From Bdellovibrionia bacterium (GTDB taxonomy: Bacteria > Bdellovibrionota > UBA1018): a stretch of 33,659 bases of DNA. This document shows positions 8,649 through 16,912 of this stretch, piece by piece; position 1 is the first letter of the stretch; every line of letters begins with the position of its first letter. The notes under the pieces are model-generated. The model had not been told where the DNA came from, did no database searches, and saw nothing but the letters and a program-made list of their open reading frames with translations. A program made the translations under genes and the position numbers. The stretch is from positions 1-33,659 of the forward strand of contig JBBQMV010000001.1 in NCBI GenBank assembly GCA_038329315.1, given 5' to 3'.

Positions 8649-8702
8649 ACCTTCTCTTCGAAAGAACCGGCTCTAGAATGAAGAGAAATGAGCGTCAAAA
8701 AT

Positions 8703-9299
8703 CTATCGAACCGCCATTCGGACGTGGGTCATCAGGGCATTCATGACAAAGAGAAGGACAACGAGGCCCGCGCCAGTCGCTAGTGCCTCGTACCCGCGGT
8801 TCTTCAGAAAGAGCGCACGGGAGAATTGCTGGGCCCGCGTTTCGGCGGAATGCTTCAGTTCCGTATACGAAACAAATTTCGTCAAACGGGGAAAAAACCG
8901 AGGCACTTCACGATGGTAGCTCGGAAACGTATTTGGGAACTTTTTGGCGAGGACTTTCTCCTCGGCGATGGAAACGAGGTAAAGAAGCGAAAGCCCAATC
9001 ACGAAGGCGAGTGAGAGCGCGACCCAAGCGTCCTGGGATTCCGCGACCCCGCAGACCATCAGGAGTGTCCCTAGGTAGAGCGGATTTCGAACGAACGCGA
9101 ACGGTCCGGCGATCGTAAGCCGCCCTTCTTTATCCAGGAAGCCGCTGGCGTAGGCGCGAAGCGCCGCTCCGAAGACGATGATCGAGATCCCGAGAGGGTC
9201 GGGCGACTGGCGGACAACCCATGGAAGCAGCAAGAGGGCCGCCCAGCAGAGGTAGTTCCGAAGTTTGCCGCGAATGAAGCGTTGGAATTCGAAGGCCAT
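8703..9299 (-). CDS. isoprenylcysteine carboxyl methyltransferase / phospholipid methyltransferase family membrane protein
   Basis: Polytopic membrane protein with the family motif FVRNPLYLGTLLMVCG (RxPxYxG type). Confidence 0.75.
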   Translation of the reverse strand: MAFEFQRFIRGKLRNYLCWAALLLLPWVVRQSPDPLGISIIVFGAALRAYASGFLDKEGRLTIAGPFAFVRNPLYLGTLLMVCGVAESQDAWVALSLAFVIGLSLLYLVSIAEEKVLAKKFPNTFPSYHREVPRFFPRLTKFVSYTELKHSAETRAQQFSRALFLKNRGYEALATGAGLVVLLFVMNALMTHVRMAVR

Positions 9300-9439
9300 A
9301 GGAATGGGTCTTCTATATGTCTAAATATTTCCCAAAACTAGAGCCGCTGCGAATAAGTGGCTTTATGCGTCATTAGATGGGTTGAAGTTTGTGGGTGCTT
9401 GATCGACCTAAGAAGCATTAAAATAGAATTCGTAAACAT

Positions 9440-9742
9440 TTGGGCGGTAGCGGGAGAGGTATCTTGAGAGGCCAAGAGTTAGCCGACTTTTTGAAAAATG
9501 CCCGAACGTCCGCTGGTCTGTCCCAGAAGGAAGTCGCCGTCGTTCTTGGCTATAAATCGTCTCAGTTTGTTTCGAACTGGGAGCGCGGCCTTTCGTCGCC
9601 CCCGATCGGGACTTTGCGGCGCCTCTGCCGTCTTTATAAAACCGACGAGTCGCAGGTTTTTCATATCATCCGCGACATCGCGATACGCAAACTCGAAGCC
9701 GATCTTGAGCGTGAGTTTTACGCGGAAAAGTCCTCAAGCTAA
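9440..9742 (+). CDS. XRE-family helix-turn-helix transcriptional regulator (small, stand-alone)
   Basis: HTH_3-like core ARTSAGLSQKEVAVVLGYKSSQFVSNWERG. There is no ATG. The track start is the TTG at 9440; an in-frame TTG at 9464 sits right after GGGAGAGG (9452-9459) and may be the real start. Confidence 0.75.
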   Translation: MGGSGRGILRGQELADFLKNARTSAGLSQKEVAVVLGYKSSQFVSNWERGLSSPPIGTLRRLCRLYKTDESQVFHIIRDIAIRKLEADLEREFYAEKSSS

Positions 9743-9764
9743 TTTTTCACAAGGCCTGCACGCT

Positions 9765-10682
9765 TTAGACCGCGAAACGCGCGGCGACTGCGACTTTCGA
9801 AGCGGTGGCGTTTTCCAAACCTTCGTTCGAAGCGGTTTCGATAATTTCGTAATTCGCAGGATCTTTGAAAACTTCGGCCAGGATTGAGCGATGAAGATCG
9901 TGTCCGGCGCGATGAAGTTTGAACGATCCTTGAACTTGAATTCCCGCGAGTTTGAAATCTCCGAGGGCATCGAGCGCCTTATGGCGAACGAATTCGTCGG
10001 GATAGCGGAGGCCTTCAGGATTCAGAACGAGTGCGCTGTCGAGAACGACGGCGTTCTCAAGCGATCCACCGAGAACGAGTCCCATCTTCTTGAGCGCTTC
10101 GACATCGCGAAGGAAACCGAAGGTGCGCGCAGACGCGATTTCTTCGAAAGCGGTTTTGCCGTCGATGTAGTGGAATTCTTGGAAACCGATCGAAGGGTGA
10201 TCCCAATCGATGGAGGCGTGAATTTCGAGACGACTCGAAGGTTCGACGACGGCCCATTTTTCAGCGAGTTTCACTTCCACGCGGCGTTTGATCGCGAGTG
10301 CGGTACGCGGAGCAGCTTGGATTTGAGTACCTGCCGTCTTCAAGGCCATGCAGAACGGTGCGGAGCTACCGTCGAGGATCGGAACTTCCGGTCCTTGCAC
10401 TTCGATGAGGAGGTTATCGATACCGAAGCCGTGCAGAGCGGCCATCAAGTGTTCGATCGTGGAGACTGTGGTGGAACCTTTTCCGAGCGTGGTCGCCATT
10501 TGCGTGTTCACGACATTGCGAAAGTTGGCTTCGATCGGGAGCGCGTCCACGAGATCCGAGCGCTGAAAGAGAATCCCTTGATTCACTCCCGCGGGCTTAA
10601 GCCGGACCGACGCTTCCTTACCGAAATGCAGTCCAATCCCGGTGAGGGTTACTGCTTTTTTAATGGTTCGTTGGAAGTTCAT
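9765..10682 (-). CDS. lpxC: UDP-3-O-acyl-N-acetylglucosamine deacetylase
   Basis: Whole-length LpxC-like sequence (MNFQRTIKKAVTLTGIGLHFGKEASVRLKPA..., TIEHLMAAL, HKALDALGD motifs). 305 aa. Confidence 0.95.
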   Translation of the reverse strand: MNFQRTIKKAVTLTGIGLHFGKEASVRLKPAGVNQGILFQRSDLVDALPIEANFRNVVNTQMATTLGKGSTTVSTIEHLMAALHGFGIDNLLIEVQGPEVPILDGSSAPFCMALKTAGTQIQAAPRTALAIKRRVEVKLAEKWAVVEPSSRLEIHASIDWDHPSIGFQEFHYIDGKTAFEEIASARTFGFLRDVEALKKMGLVLGGSLENAVVLDSALVLNPEGLRYPDEFVRHKALDALGDFKLAGIQVQGSFKLHRAGHDLHRSILAEVFKDPANYEIIETASNEGLENATASKVAVAARFAV

Positions 10683-10882
10683 AAATTTGCGAGTTCCTAA
10701 CTCCCCCTGATCAACCGCAAGTTCAATGCCGATTTGGTCCGAATTTAAGAATTAATTGAATATTGAAGTCAGGAATCCAAATTCTTCTTTAAATTCGAGG
10801 ATATAAACCCGTAAAGATTTCTGAGCTGCCTCGTGTCAATTGTCTAAAGAATTCAAAGAAAACCCGTACTTGTGGGATTTGA

Positions 10883-10917
10883 AACACACTCAAATTCGAC
10901 CCGAGTGTGTTCTTTTT
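10883..10917 (+). terminator. intrinsic-terminator-like hairpin, oriented for the plus strand
   Basis: AACACACTC (10883-10891) pairs with GAGTGTGTT (10903-10911) around an 11-nt loop, followed by CTTTTTG on the plus strand. On the minus strand the hairpin is followed by TCAAATCCC (not U-rich). Confidence 0.4.
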
Positions 10918-10931
10918 GCAACAGCTAACAC

Positions 10932-10969
10932 CCGCCAGGGCCAGAAGCCCGCACCGCCAGGGCCAGAAG
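10932..10969. repeat. perfect 16-bp direct repeat, two copies separated by 6 bp
   Basis: CCGCCAGGGCCAGAAG at 10932-10947 and again at 10954-10969. The second copy abuts the ruvB stop codon (10970-10972). Confidence 0.85.
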
Positions 10970-12058
10970 TCAGAGACTCTTCGGAATTTCGATCAGCGGG
11001 AGTTGTCGAATCGTATCGATGAGCGGCTTACCGAGGTGCTCGAACGCGGCTCGATTAGCGACCCGCCCCCGAGGCGTCCGTTGGAGAAACCCTTCCTGAA
11101 TAAGGAACGGTTCGTACACATCTTCGATCGTCTCGCGCTCTTCGCCGAGCGCAGCGGCCATCGTTTCGATGCCGACCGGTCCGCCTTCGAACTTCTCGAT
11201 GATCGTCAGGAGGAGTTTACGGTCCATGAAGTCGAGTCCACGCTCGTCCACTTCGAAAAGTTTCAAAGCGTCCTGGGCGACGCGGCGATCGATCTTATTC
11301 GTGTTCGCACGCACTTCTGCGAAATCCCGAACGCGTTTCAAGAGCCGATTCGCGATCCGCGGCGTACCGCGGGAGCGGCGGGCGATTTCGTCCGCACCGG
11401 TTTCGAGCATCGAGATGCCCAGAATTGCCGCCGAGCGGATTACGATTTTTTCGAGCTCTTCCGATGGATAGAAATCGAGGCGGAGTTGGACGCCGAACCG
11501 ATCCCGAAGCGGACTCGAAAGAAGACCCGTACGCGTCGTCGCACCGACGAGCGTGAACTTCGGAAGGTCGATCGAGATCGTTTTCGCGGCCGGTCCTTGG
11601 CCGATGATCAGATCGAGTTTGTAGTCTTCCATCGCGGAATAAAGGACTTCTTCGATGGATTTTTGGAGGCGGTGAATTTCGTCGATAAAGAGAACGTCGC
11701 CCGGTTGGAGATTCGTAAGGATCGCCGCGAGATCGCCCTTCTTCTCGATGTTCGGGCCGGTAATCGAGTGAAGCTGGGTTCCCATTTCCTGGGCAATAAT
11801 GTGCGCGAGTGTGGTCTTTCCGAGTCCTGGAGGACCCGCGAGCAAACAGTGATCAAGCGCATCCCCACGACCCTTTGCAGCCTGCATAAAGAGCGAGAGG
11901 TTTTCCTTCACTTTCACCTGGCCGATATATTCGGACAGGAGAGTCGGGCGAAGGGAAACGCCGGCATCTTCTTCCGAGAACTTGCGAGGAGTGAATTCTT
12001 CACCCTCGCCGTCCTGGGCGTTTGAGCCGATGATTCGATCTTGATCTGACGAAACCAT
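10970..12058 (-). CDS. ruvB: Holliday junction branch migration DNA helicase RuvB
   Basis: Whole-length RuvB ([12 protein letters not shown]..., Walker [18 protein letters not shown], ...RTPRGR). Start placed at the ATG at 12058, preceded by GGAGAA with a 6-nt spacer. The track ORF extends 14 codons further. Confidence 0.95.
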   Translation of the reverse strand: MVSSDQDRIIGSNAQDGEGEEFTPRKFSEEDAGVSLRPTLLSEYIGQVKVKENLSLFMQAAKGRGDALDHCLLAGPPGLGKTTLAHIIAQEMGTQLHSITGPNIEKKGDLAAILTNLQPGDVLFIDEIHRLQKSIEEVLYSAMEDYKLDLIIGQGPAAKTISIDLPKFTLVGATTRTGLLSSPLRDRFGVQLRLDFYPSEELEKIVIRSAAILGISMLETGADEIARRSRGTPRIANRLLKRVRDFAEVRANTNKIDRRVAQDALKLFEVDERGLDFMDRKLLLTIIEKFEGGPVGIETMAAALGEERETIEDVYEPFLIQEGFLQRTPRGRVANRAAFEHLGKPLIDTIRQLPLIEIPKSL

Positions 12059-12148
12059 GAAAAGTTCTCCAAGCGCGCATGAACGACTACGGGATGCCAA
12101 CGACTGCGGTACTGCTCTGGACTACTACTTAAATTAAAACCAATGAGC

Positions 12149-12167
12149 GGCCGACCTGGGGTCGGCC
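12149..12167 (-). promoter_or_regulatory. GC-rich hairpin in the ruvA-ruvB spacer
   Basis: GGCCGACC (12149-12156) pairs with GGTCGGCC (12160-12167) around a 3-nt loop. It lies 10 nt downstream of the ruvA stop on the minus strand, and the sequence after it is only weakly T-rich. Confidence 0.35.
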
Positions 12168-12177
12168 AAAAAATAGA

Positions 12178-12840
12178 CTATCGAAGTTCTTTTAAGGCCT
12201 GCTTCACGACTTCTTCGGTACGGGTGACACTCGGGGACTTCGCGTCCTGTACCTTCCGAAGGATTTGAACGACTTCTTGTTCACGGTAACCGAGGCCCAC
12301 GAGGGCATCCTTGGCTTCTTTGAAGGCTTGGGTTGCGAAAGCGACCGCGGAATTTCCCGGACTTGCACCCCGTGCACCGACCGATGCTGCTGCGCGCAAC
12401 CAGTCCGCTGGGAGTTGGCCCTTTTCGGCCTTCTTCCGGAGAGAATCCCTAAGTTCGACGACCACGCGCTCGGCGGTCTTCTTTCCAATGCCCGGAATTT
12501 CGGTCAGCGAATCCTGATCGCCTTCGAGGATTGCTTTCACGAGGGTCGGAATCTCGACTTTCGAGAGGATGCCGAGCGCACCCTTCGGTCCGATCCCGTT
12601 CACGGTGAGAAGCGTAAGGAAAATTTCTTTTTCTTCACGAGAGAGAAATCCGTAGAGGTCGAAAGCATCTTCCCGAACATGGGAGTGAATCCAAAGTTCG
12701 GCGGCCGCACCGGCGTGAAGTGACTCGTAACGGGAACTGAAAGGAAGCGCGACGGAATATCCGATTCCACTGCCACTCGGGATCACGACAGCTTTACCGT
12801 CGGAGACCTCGAGAAATTTTCCGTTCAAATATCCAATCAT
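12178..12840 (-). CDS. ruvA: Holliday junction DNA helicase subunit RuvA
   Basis: MIGYLNGKF... N-terminus, HhH motifs (LTVNGIGPKGALGIL, IPGIGKKTAERVVVEL) and a C-terminal domain III. It starts 3 nt after the ruvC stop. Confidence 0.95.
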   Translation of the reverse strand: MIGYLNGKFLEVSDGKAVVIPSGSGIGYSVALPFSSRYESLHAGAAAELWIHSHVREDAFDLYGFLSREEKEIFLTLLTVNGIGPKGALGILSKVEIPTLVKAILEGDQDSLTEIPGIGKKTAERVVVELRDSLRKKAEKGQLPADWLRAAASVGARGASPGNSAVAFATQAFKEAKDALVGLGYREQEVVQILRKVQDAKSPSVTRTEEVVKQALKELR

Positions 12841-12843
12841 GGA

Positions 12844-13509
12844 TCAATTCTTCCCGCGCATGATTCGTTTCCGATCACCGACGATTTCTGGCGTGAGGCC
12901 AAGGCTTTCAGCGAGGCCCATCCTCGTCTTCGACCTAGATTGAGTCAAAGTATTTTGATGCCCTTTTCCCAAAGTCGAATGAGATCCATGAACTCGTGCA
13001 TGACACACAGCCAATGCAAGTCCGTCGGACGCGTCAAATGACGTAAATTCCTGTTTGCCGAGCATGATCTCGAGCATCCGAGCGACTTGTTCTTTTTCCG
13101 CACGCCCGTGACCGACGATCGCTGACTTCACTTCGGTTGGTGCGTATTCGACGACGAGGAGTCCGTGAATTTTCGCAGTAAGGATCGCCGCGCCTCGGGC
13201 TTGCCCGAGCTTAAGCGCCGAGACCGCATTCTTCGCGAAGAAGACTTTTTCAATCGAGAGAATGTGCGGACGGTGCGTCTCGATCACGTCCGTGAGGCCG
13301 TGATAAATTTCGAGCAGCCGATCTTCAAGCGGCATCGTCGCCGTACCTGTCGTGGAGGCGATCTTCAGCGCTCCATGAGCGACGTGGCGGATCTCGTTTC
13401 CGCATAGATCGACGACGCCGTACCCGGTAATCCGGGAGCCGGGGTCGACCCCTAAAATGCGGTACTTCTCAATGACTCGAGGCCGATTCGCCTTCGACTC
13501 TGCCGACAT
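12844..13509 (-). CDS. ruvC: crossover junction endodeoxyribonuclease RuvC (with N- and C-terminal extensions)
   Basis: RuvC core ILGVDPGSRITGYGV..., ...SIEKVFF..., ...DASDGLALAVCHA. 221 aa, longer than the typical ~160-190 aa. Confidence 0.9.
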   Translation of the reverse strand: MSAESKANRPRVIEKYRILGVDPGSRITGYGVVDLCGNEIRHVAHGALKIASTTGTATMPLEDRLLEIYHGLTDVIETHRPHILSIEKVFFAKNAVSALKLGQARGAAILTAKIHGLLVVEYAPTEVKSAIVGHGRAEKEQVARMLEIMLGKQEFTSFDASDGLALAVCHARVHGSHSTLGKGHQNTLTQSRSKTRMGLAESLGLTPEIVGDRKRIMRGKN

Positions 13510-13528
13510 TATGTAAGGAAATTAGAAC

Positions 13529-13558
13529 ACAGGGCGGCACCGTTAGGAAGCGCCCTGT
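13529..13558 (-). terminator. candidate terminator hairpin after the GNAT-like gene
   Basis: ACAGGGCG (13529-13536) pairs with CGCCCTGT (13551-13558) around a 14-nt loop. On the minus strand it is followed by GTTCTAATTTCC. Confidence 0.4.
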
Positions 13559-13567
13559 CGACATTTT

Positions 13568-14704
13568 CTACAGGGTTTTATCGTAGATGCGGTGAACCTT
13601 CGTGCGCTTACCGCACATGTGCTCGAGCGCACGGTTCATCGGAATATTGTCTTCGAGAATCCAGCTTGCTTCGCCGGCCGGATATCCCGCGGCCGGACCG
13701 CGCTTGAGGTACTCGAGATAGAGCACCGGGCCGATGCCCATCGGTTGGTACTTTTTCTTGATTCCAAGGGTGATAACCCGGCAGCGATTCATCGTTTTCT
13801 TTTTTCCCGGACCCTTGAGATTCCAGAGCAGTTTGAAAATGTTGAACGGAAGAAGTTTACCACTCGGAATCTTCTTAATCGCTTGGTTCACGTCAGGTAG
13901 CGCGAGCGCGAAGGCCACTGGCTCGCCACGCACTTCGGCGATCAGCAGAAGGTTCGGATCGAGGATCATCTTCATATCCTTCGCCATGTGCCGAAATTCT
14001 TCGGGGGTCATCGGAACGAAGCCCCAGTTTTTTTCCCAGGCGTCATTGTAGATGTCGAGGATCATGTCGACTTCTTTTTCGAACTCGTTCATGCGTACGG
14101 TGCGGAACGTAACGTTCCCGCTTTCCTTCAATTTCTCGGCTTGGGCAAGCAGACGATCGGAAAATTTCGCGACCCGCGAATCGATGATGTAACTGAGAAG
14201 ATCTTTTGACTTCGCGAGGCCCCATTTTTCGAGGTGCTTCGCGTAGTACGGCGGGTTGTAAGTCGTCATGACCGCGGCCGTGTCGTCGAAACCTTCGACG
14301 AGAAGTCCACACTCGTGGTTTGTCGACGGATTTGCGGGTCCGCGCATGACGGTCATTCCGCGACCCTTACCCCACTTCGCGATTTCACTGAGAAGAGCGT
14401 CGGTGATTTGTTGGTCATCGAAAGTTTCGTAAAAACCAAAGAAGACGGTTTGTTCTTCGTGAAATTTATTATGAGTGTCATCGATCACACCGACCGCACG
14501 ACCGACGAGTTTATCTCCGTCGTACGCAAGTACCGGATGCATGTACGCATGCTTGAAGAATGGATTCTTATCGACGTTCAGTAAATCGTGCATCGCGATT
14601 TTCAGGGGCGGAACCCAGTTCGGATCCTTGCCGTAGATCGCCCATGGAAGATTGACAAAAAGGTTCCAATCGGACTTGGTCTCGACGCGCTTAATTTTAA
14701 TCAT
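13568..14704 (-). CDS. large GNAT-fold acyltransferase-like protein (378 aa), substrate unknown
   Basis: It resembles the ~370-380 aa 'GNAT family N-acetyltransferase' proteins of unknown role (N-terminus MIKIKRVETKSDW...PNWVPPL...NPFFKHA...DGDKLVGR). A motif-A-like QPMGIG lies near the C-terminus. Confidence 0.6.
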   Translation of the reverse strand: MIKIKRVETKSDWNLFVNLPWAIYGKDPNWVPPLKIAMHDLLNVDKNPFFKHAYMHPVLAYDGDKLVGRAVGVIDDTHNKFHEEQTVFFGFYETFDDQQITDALLSEIAKWGKGRGMTVMRGPANPSTNHECGLLVEGFDDTAAVMTTYNPPYYAKHLEKWGLAKSKDLLSYIIDSRVAKFSDRLLAQAEKLKESGNVTFRTVRMNEFEKEVDMILDIYNDAWEKNWGFVPMTPEEFRHMAKDMKMILDPNLLLIAEVRGEPVAFALALPDVNQAIKKIPSGKLLPFNIFKLLWNLKGPGKKKTMNRCRVITLGIKKKYQPMGIGPVLYLEYLKRGPAAGYPAGEASWILEDNIPMNRALEHMCGKRTKVHRIYDKTL

Positions 14705-14754
14705 GCCTCGTTTTCAGCCAAAAATTGGGATTAAGCAAGCGTAAGCTATAAACG

Positions 14755-14797
14755 CAAAAATGCCGTTTTCCACAAATTACTCGTGAAAAACGGCATT
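14755..14797 (-). terminator. strong intrinsic terminator between the SPT-like and GNAT-like genes
   Basis: Perfect 13-bp stem AAAATGCCGTTTT (14755-14767) / AAAACGGCATTTT (14785-14797) with a 17-nt loop. On the minus strand the stem runs into TTTTTGCGTTTAT. The stem is also T-ended on the plus strand. Confidence 0.6.
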
Positions 14798-14819
14798 TTA
14801 TAAATCGATCGAAACGGAA

Positions 14820-16124
14820 CTAAGCGAAGAGCGCCGATACGTTCTGGGACGGCTTCATCAAGCCGCGTTTGCCGAAATGCTTTTCCGCGACGGTGTCCAT
14901 CGCCGCCATGCGATCCGGATTCCCGAGGATCCCGAAGGCCTTCCCGAGTTTTTCCAAAACGGTGAGCGAATAGTCGAGGTCGGCTTCGGTGTGTGAAGCC
15001 ATATAGCTCGTGCGAATGAGCGCGCATCCTTCCGGGACTGCCGGACGAACGACTGGAGTTGCGAAAACGCCGTTCTCGTAGAGCTTCTGGCTAAAAGCGA
15101 GAGCCATCATATCGTCGCCGATGAGCAGCGGAATGATTGGAGTTTGGGAACCGAGGGTGTGGTAACCCATGCGGCTCAGTCCGGTCGCCATCTTCGCGGA
15201 ATTTTTCCGGAGATTTTCGAGGTGCTGAGGCTCGTCCTGAACGATACGCATACATTCGAGCACGGTCGCGGCGGCGGAAGGCGCCAATGCGGCCGTGAAC
15301 ATGAAGTGCCGGGCATTGTGCTTGATATAGTGGATGACGTCCTTCGAACCGGCGACGTAGCCGCCAACCGAAGCGAACGACTTCGAGAAGGTTCCCATCA
15401 CGATGTCGGCCGTATTCGGCATGTTGAAGTGGAATTCGGTGCCTTGGCCCTTAGGTCCGAGTACGCCGATGGCGTGGGCGTCATCGATATAGGTGCGGCA
15501 GTTATACTTCTTCGCGAGCGCATAAACGCCTGGCCAGTTCAGGATATCGCCCGACATTGAGAAGACGCCGTCGGCAACGATGAGCGCGCCTTGATAGAGG
15601 TCGCGGTGCTCTTTCAGTTTCCGCTCGAGATCTTCCATATCGTTGTGGCGGAAGACGATCGTCTTGCCGGCGGAGCCGCGTGCGCCTTCGATAATCGAAG
15701 CGTGATTTTCTTGGTCCGAAAAGATGACGTCGTTCTTACCGACGAGCGTGGAAAGAGCGCCTTGGTTTGATTGGAAGCCGGTGGCGAAAACGAGAGCGGC
15801 TTCTTTACCCGTAAAACGGGCGAGCTTCTCTTCGAGTTCCTCGTGGAGAACCGAGTTTCCGTTCAGAAAGCGGGAGCCGGTAAAGCCGGTACCGAAACGA
15901 TCGATCGCGCCCTTCGCGGCGGCTATGACGCGTGGGTCATGAGTCAGTCCGAGGTAGTTATTCGAACCGATCATCACGCGCTTTTTTCCGTGCGTAACGA
16001 CGTTCCCGCCGGTCGTTTCTTCGATCGGCCGGAAGAAGCAATAGAGGCCCGCAGCTTGGACCTTTTTCGCAAGATCGTAGCTAAAGCATTTCGCGAAAAG
16101 ATCGTTCTGATTTTCGTTCGACAT
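14820..16124 (-). CDS. PLP-dependent alpha-oxoamine synthase, serine palmitoyltransferase-like
   Basis: GSNNYLGLTHDP, GSRFLNGN..HEELEEKLARF, DQENHASII, DDAHAIG and the PLP-lysine motif GTFSKSF. The SR-x-LNG signature is more SPT-like than BioF/KBL-like. Start moved to the ATG at 16124 (MSNENQ...; GAGG 8 nt upstream). Confidence 0.85.
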   Translation of the reverse strand: MSNENQNDLFAKCFSYDLAKKVQAAGLYCFFRPIEETTGGNVVTHGKKRVMIGSNNYLGLTHDPRVIAAAKGAIDRFGTGFTGSRFLNGNSVLHEELEEKLARFTGKEAALVFATGFQSNQGALSTLVGKNDVIFSDQENHASIIEGARGSAGKTIVFRHNDMEDLERKLKEHRDLYQGALIVADGVFSMSGDILNWPGVYALAKKYNCRTYIDDAHAIGVLGPKGQGTEFHFNMPNTADIVMGTFSKSFASVGGYVAGSKDVIHYIKHNARHFMFTAALAPSAAATVLECMRIVQDEPQHLENLRKNSAKMATGLSRMGYHTLGSQTPIIPLLIGDDMMALAFSQKLYENGVFATPVVRPAVPEGCALIRTSYMASHTEADLDYSLTVLEKLGKAFGILGNPDRMAAMDTVAEKHFGKRGLMKPSQNVSALFA

Positions 16125-16367
16125 GGTGGGGACCTCGTAGAGCAGGGTTGTCGGTTCTAAAGCGGTGAATTCCCGAATTAACATTCCAGATCGCGGTGGG
16201 TCAAAGGAAAAGGCCTATTTCCCGAGTAAACCACTTGGAAATGGGTAGTTCATTTCACACCTTTTTTTTCTAAAGATCCTGTAATTTTTTCCGATAAGGG
16301 AGTGGGTGAGTATTTTTATTCGCGCCGCTATCTGGCCTTAACTATTTGAATTAAATAGAGAATTACC

Positions 16368-16778
16368 ATGTTACCCAAAATTGCCTCGGCACTTGCTCGA
16401 GTCCTCGATCCGATTAAGCCGGTCGAACGTCCGGGCCAGTCCCTCACTACCGCAAAATCTGCCGAAGGTGGAGACGGGGGTTATGGCACATTGGGTTATG
16501 ACTCTCAGGAGAAACCGGCGGAGAAGGAAGCCGGAAACGGATCAAACGCCGTTCCGGATCACCCTCTGGAAAACGGCGTTTCGCCCGAACATCCTGAAAA
16601 GAGAACGGTGAGTATTCCGTTCCGGCCCGGCCTGACCCAAGTCATTCTTGATCTGAACAGATCTCGTCCCGAGCGAAGTGCGGAGGCTGCCGCCGCCACC
16701 TATGAAACCGGCGCTAAAGAACAGAAGAAGAACTCCCGCCTTCCTAAGGGTTCTATGCTCGATAAAAAAGTCGGCTAA
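16368..16778 (+). CDS. hypothetical low-complexity (probably disordered) protein, 136 aa
   Basis: The longest frame in this gap, with an ATG start and codon usage similar to its neighbours. Pro/Glu/Gly/Ala-rich. No recognisable domain. Confidence 0.45.
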   Translation: MLPKIASALARVLDPIKPVERPGQSLTTAKSAEGGDGGYGTLGYDSQEKPAEKEAGNGSNAVPDHPLENGVSPEHPEKRTVSIPFRPGLTQVILDLNRSRPERSAEAAAATYETGAKEQKKNSRLPKGSMLDKKVG

Positions 16779-16912
16779 TTCGTCCGATCTCAAGGACAAC
16801 GCGCACGACCGATCAGCGTTGTCTAATCCTTCGACAGTTCCCTCCTCTCACCTTCTCTATAAGCCAAGTACCCGGCCGAAGATCTGGCCGATAAATTGCT
16901 TAGTGCTTGGCG

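Noticed and set aside
10932-10969. CRISPR-like or iteron array
   Set aside because: There are only two 16-bp copies with a 6-bp spacer, and no cas genes. It is reported as a simple tandem repeat instead.
10907-12025. 372-aa plus-strand ORF covering almost all of ruvB in antisense. Similar long antisense ORFs lie opposite lpxC (9891-10700), the S1 protease (5725-6678), the OM barrel (7035-7673), the GGDEF gene (7875-8609), prfA (20415-21047) and the FabG-like gene (33038-33517).
   Set aside because: Each lies opposite a gene with unmistakable full-length family identity. The translations are Arg/Ser/Pro-rich and low-complexity, with no motifs. Such stop-free antisense frames are an expected by-product of the codon bias of the real genes.
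14746-15027. 93-aa minus-strand ORF overlapping the 3' end of the SPT-like gene and the terminator
   Set aside because: It is out of frame with a strongly supported gene, and it spans an obvious terminator hairpin.
16342-16358. CTATTT-N5-AAATAG inverted repeat as a defined operator
   Set aside because: The arms are only 6 bp, in an AT-rich promoter region, so this is easily chance. It is mentioned only in the context of the adjacent ORFs.
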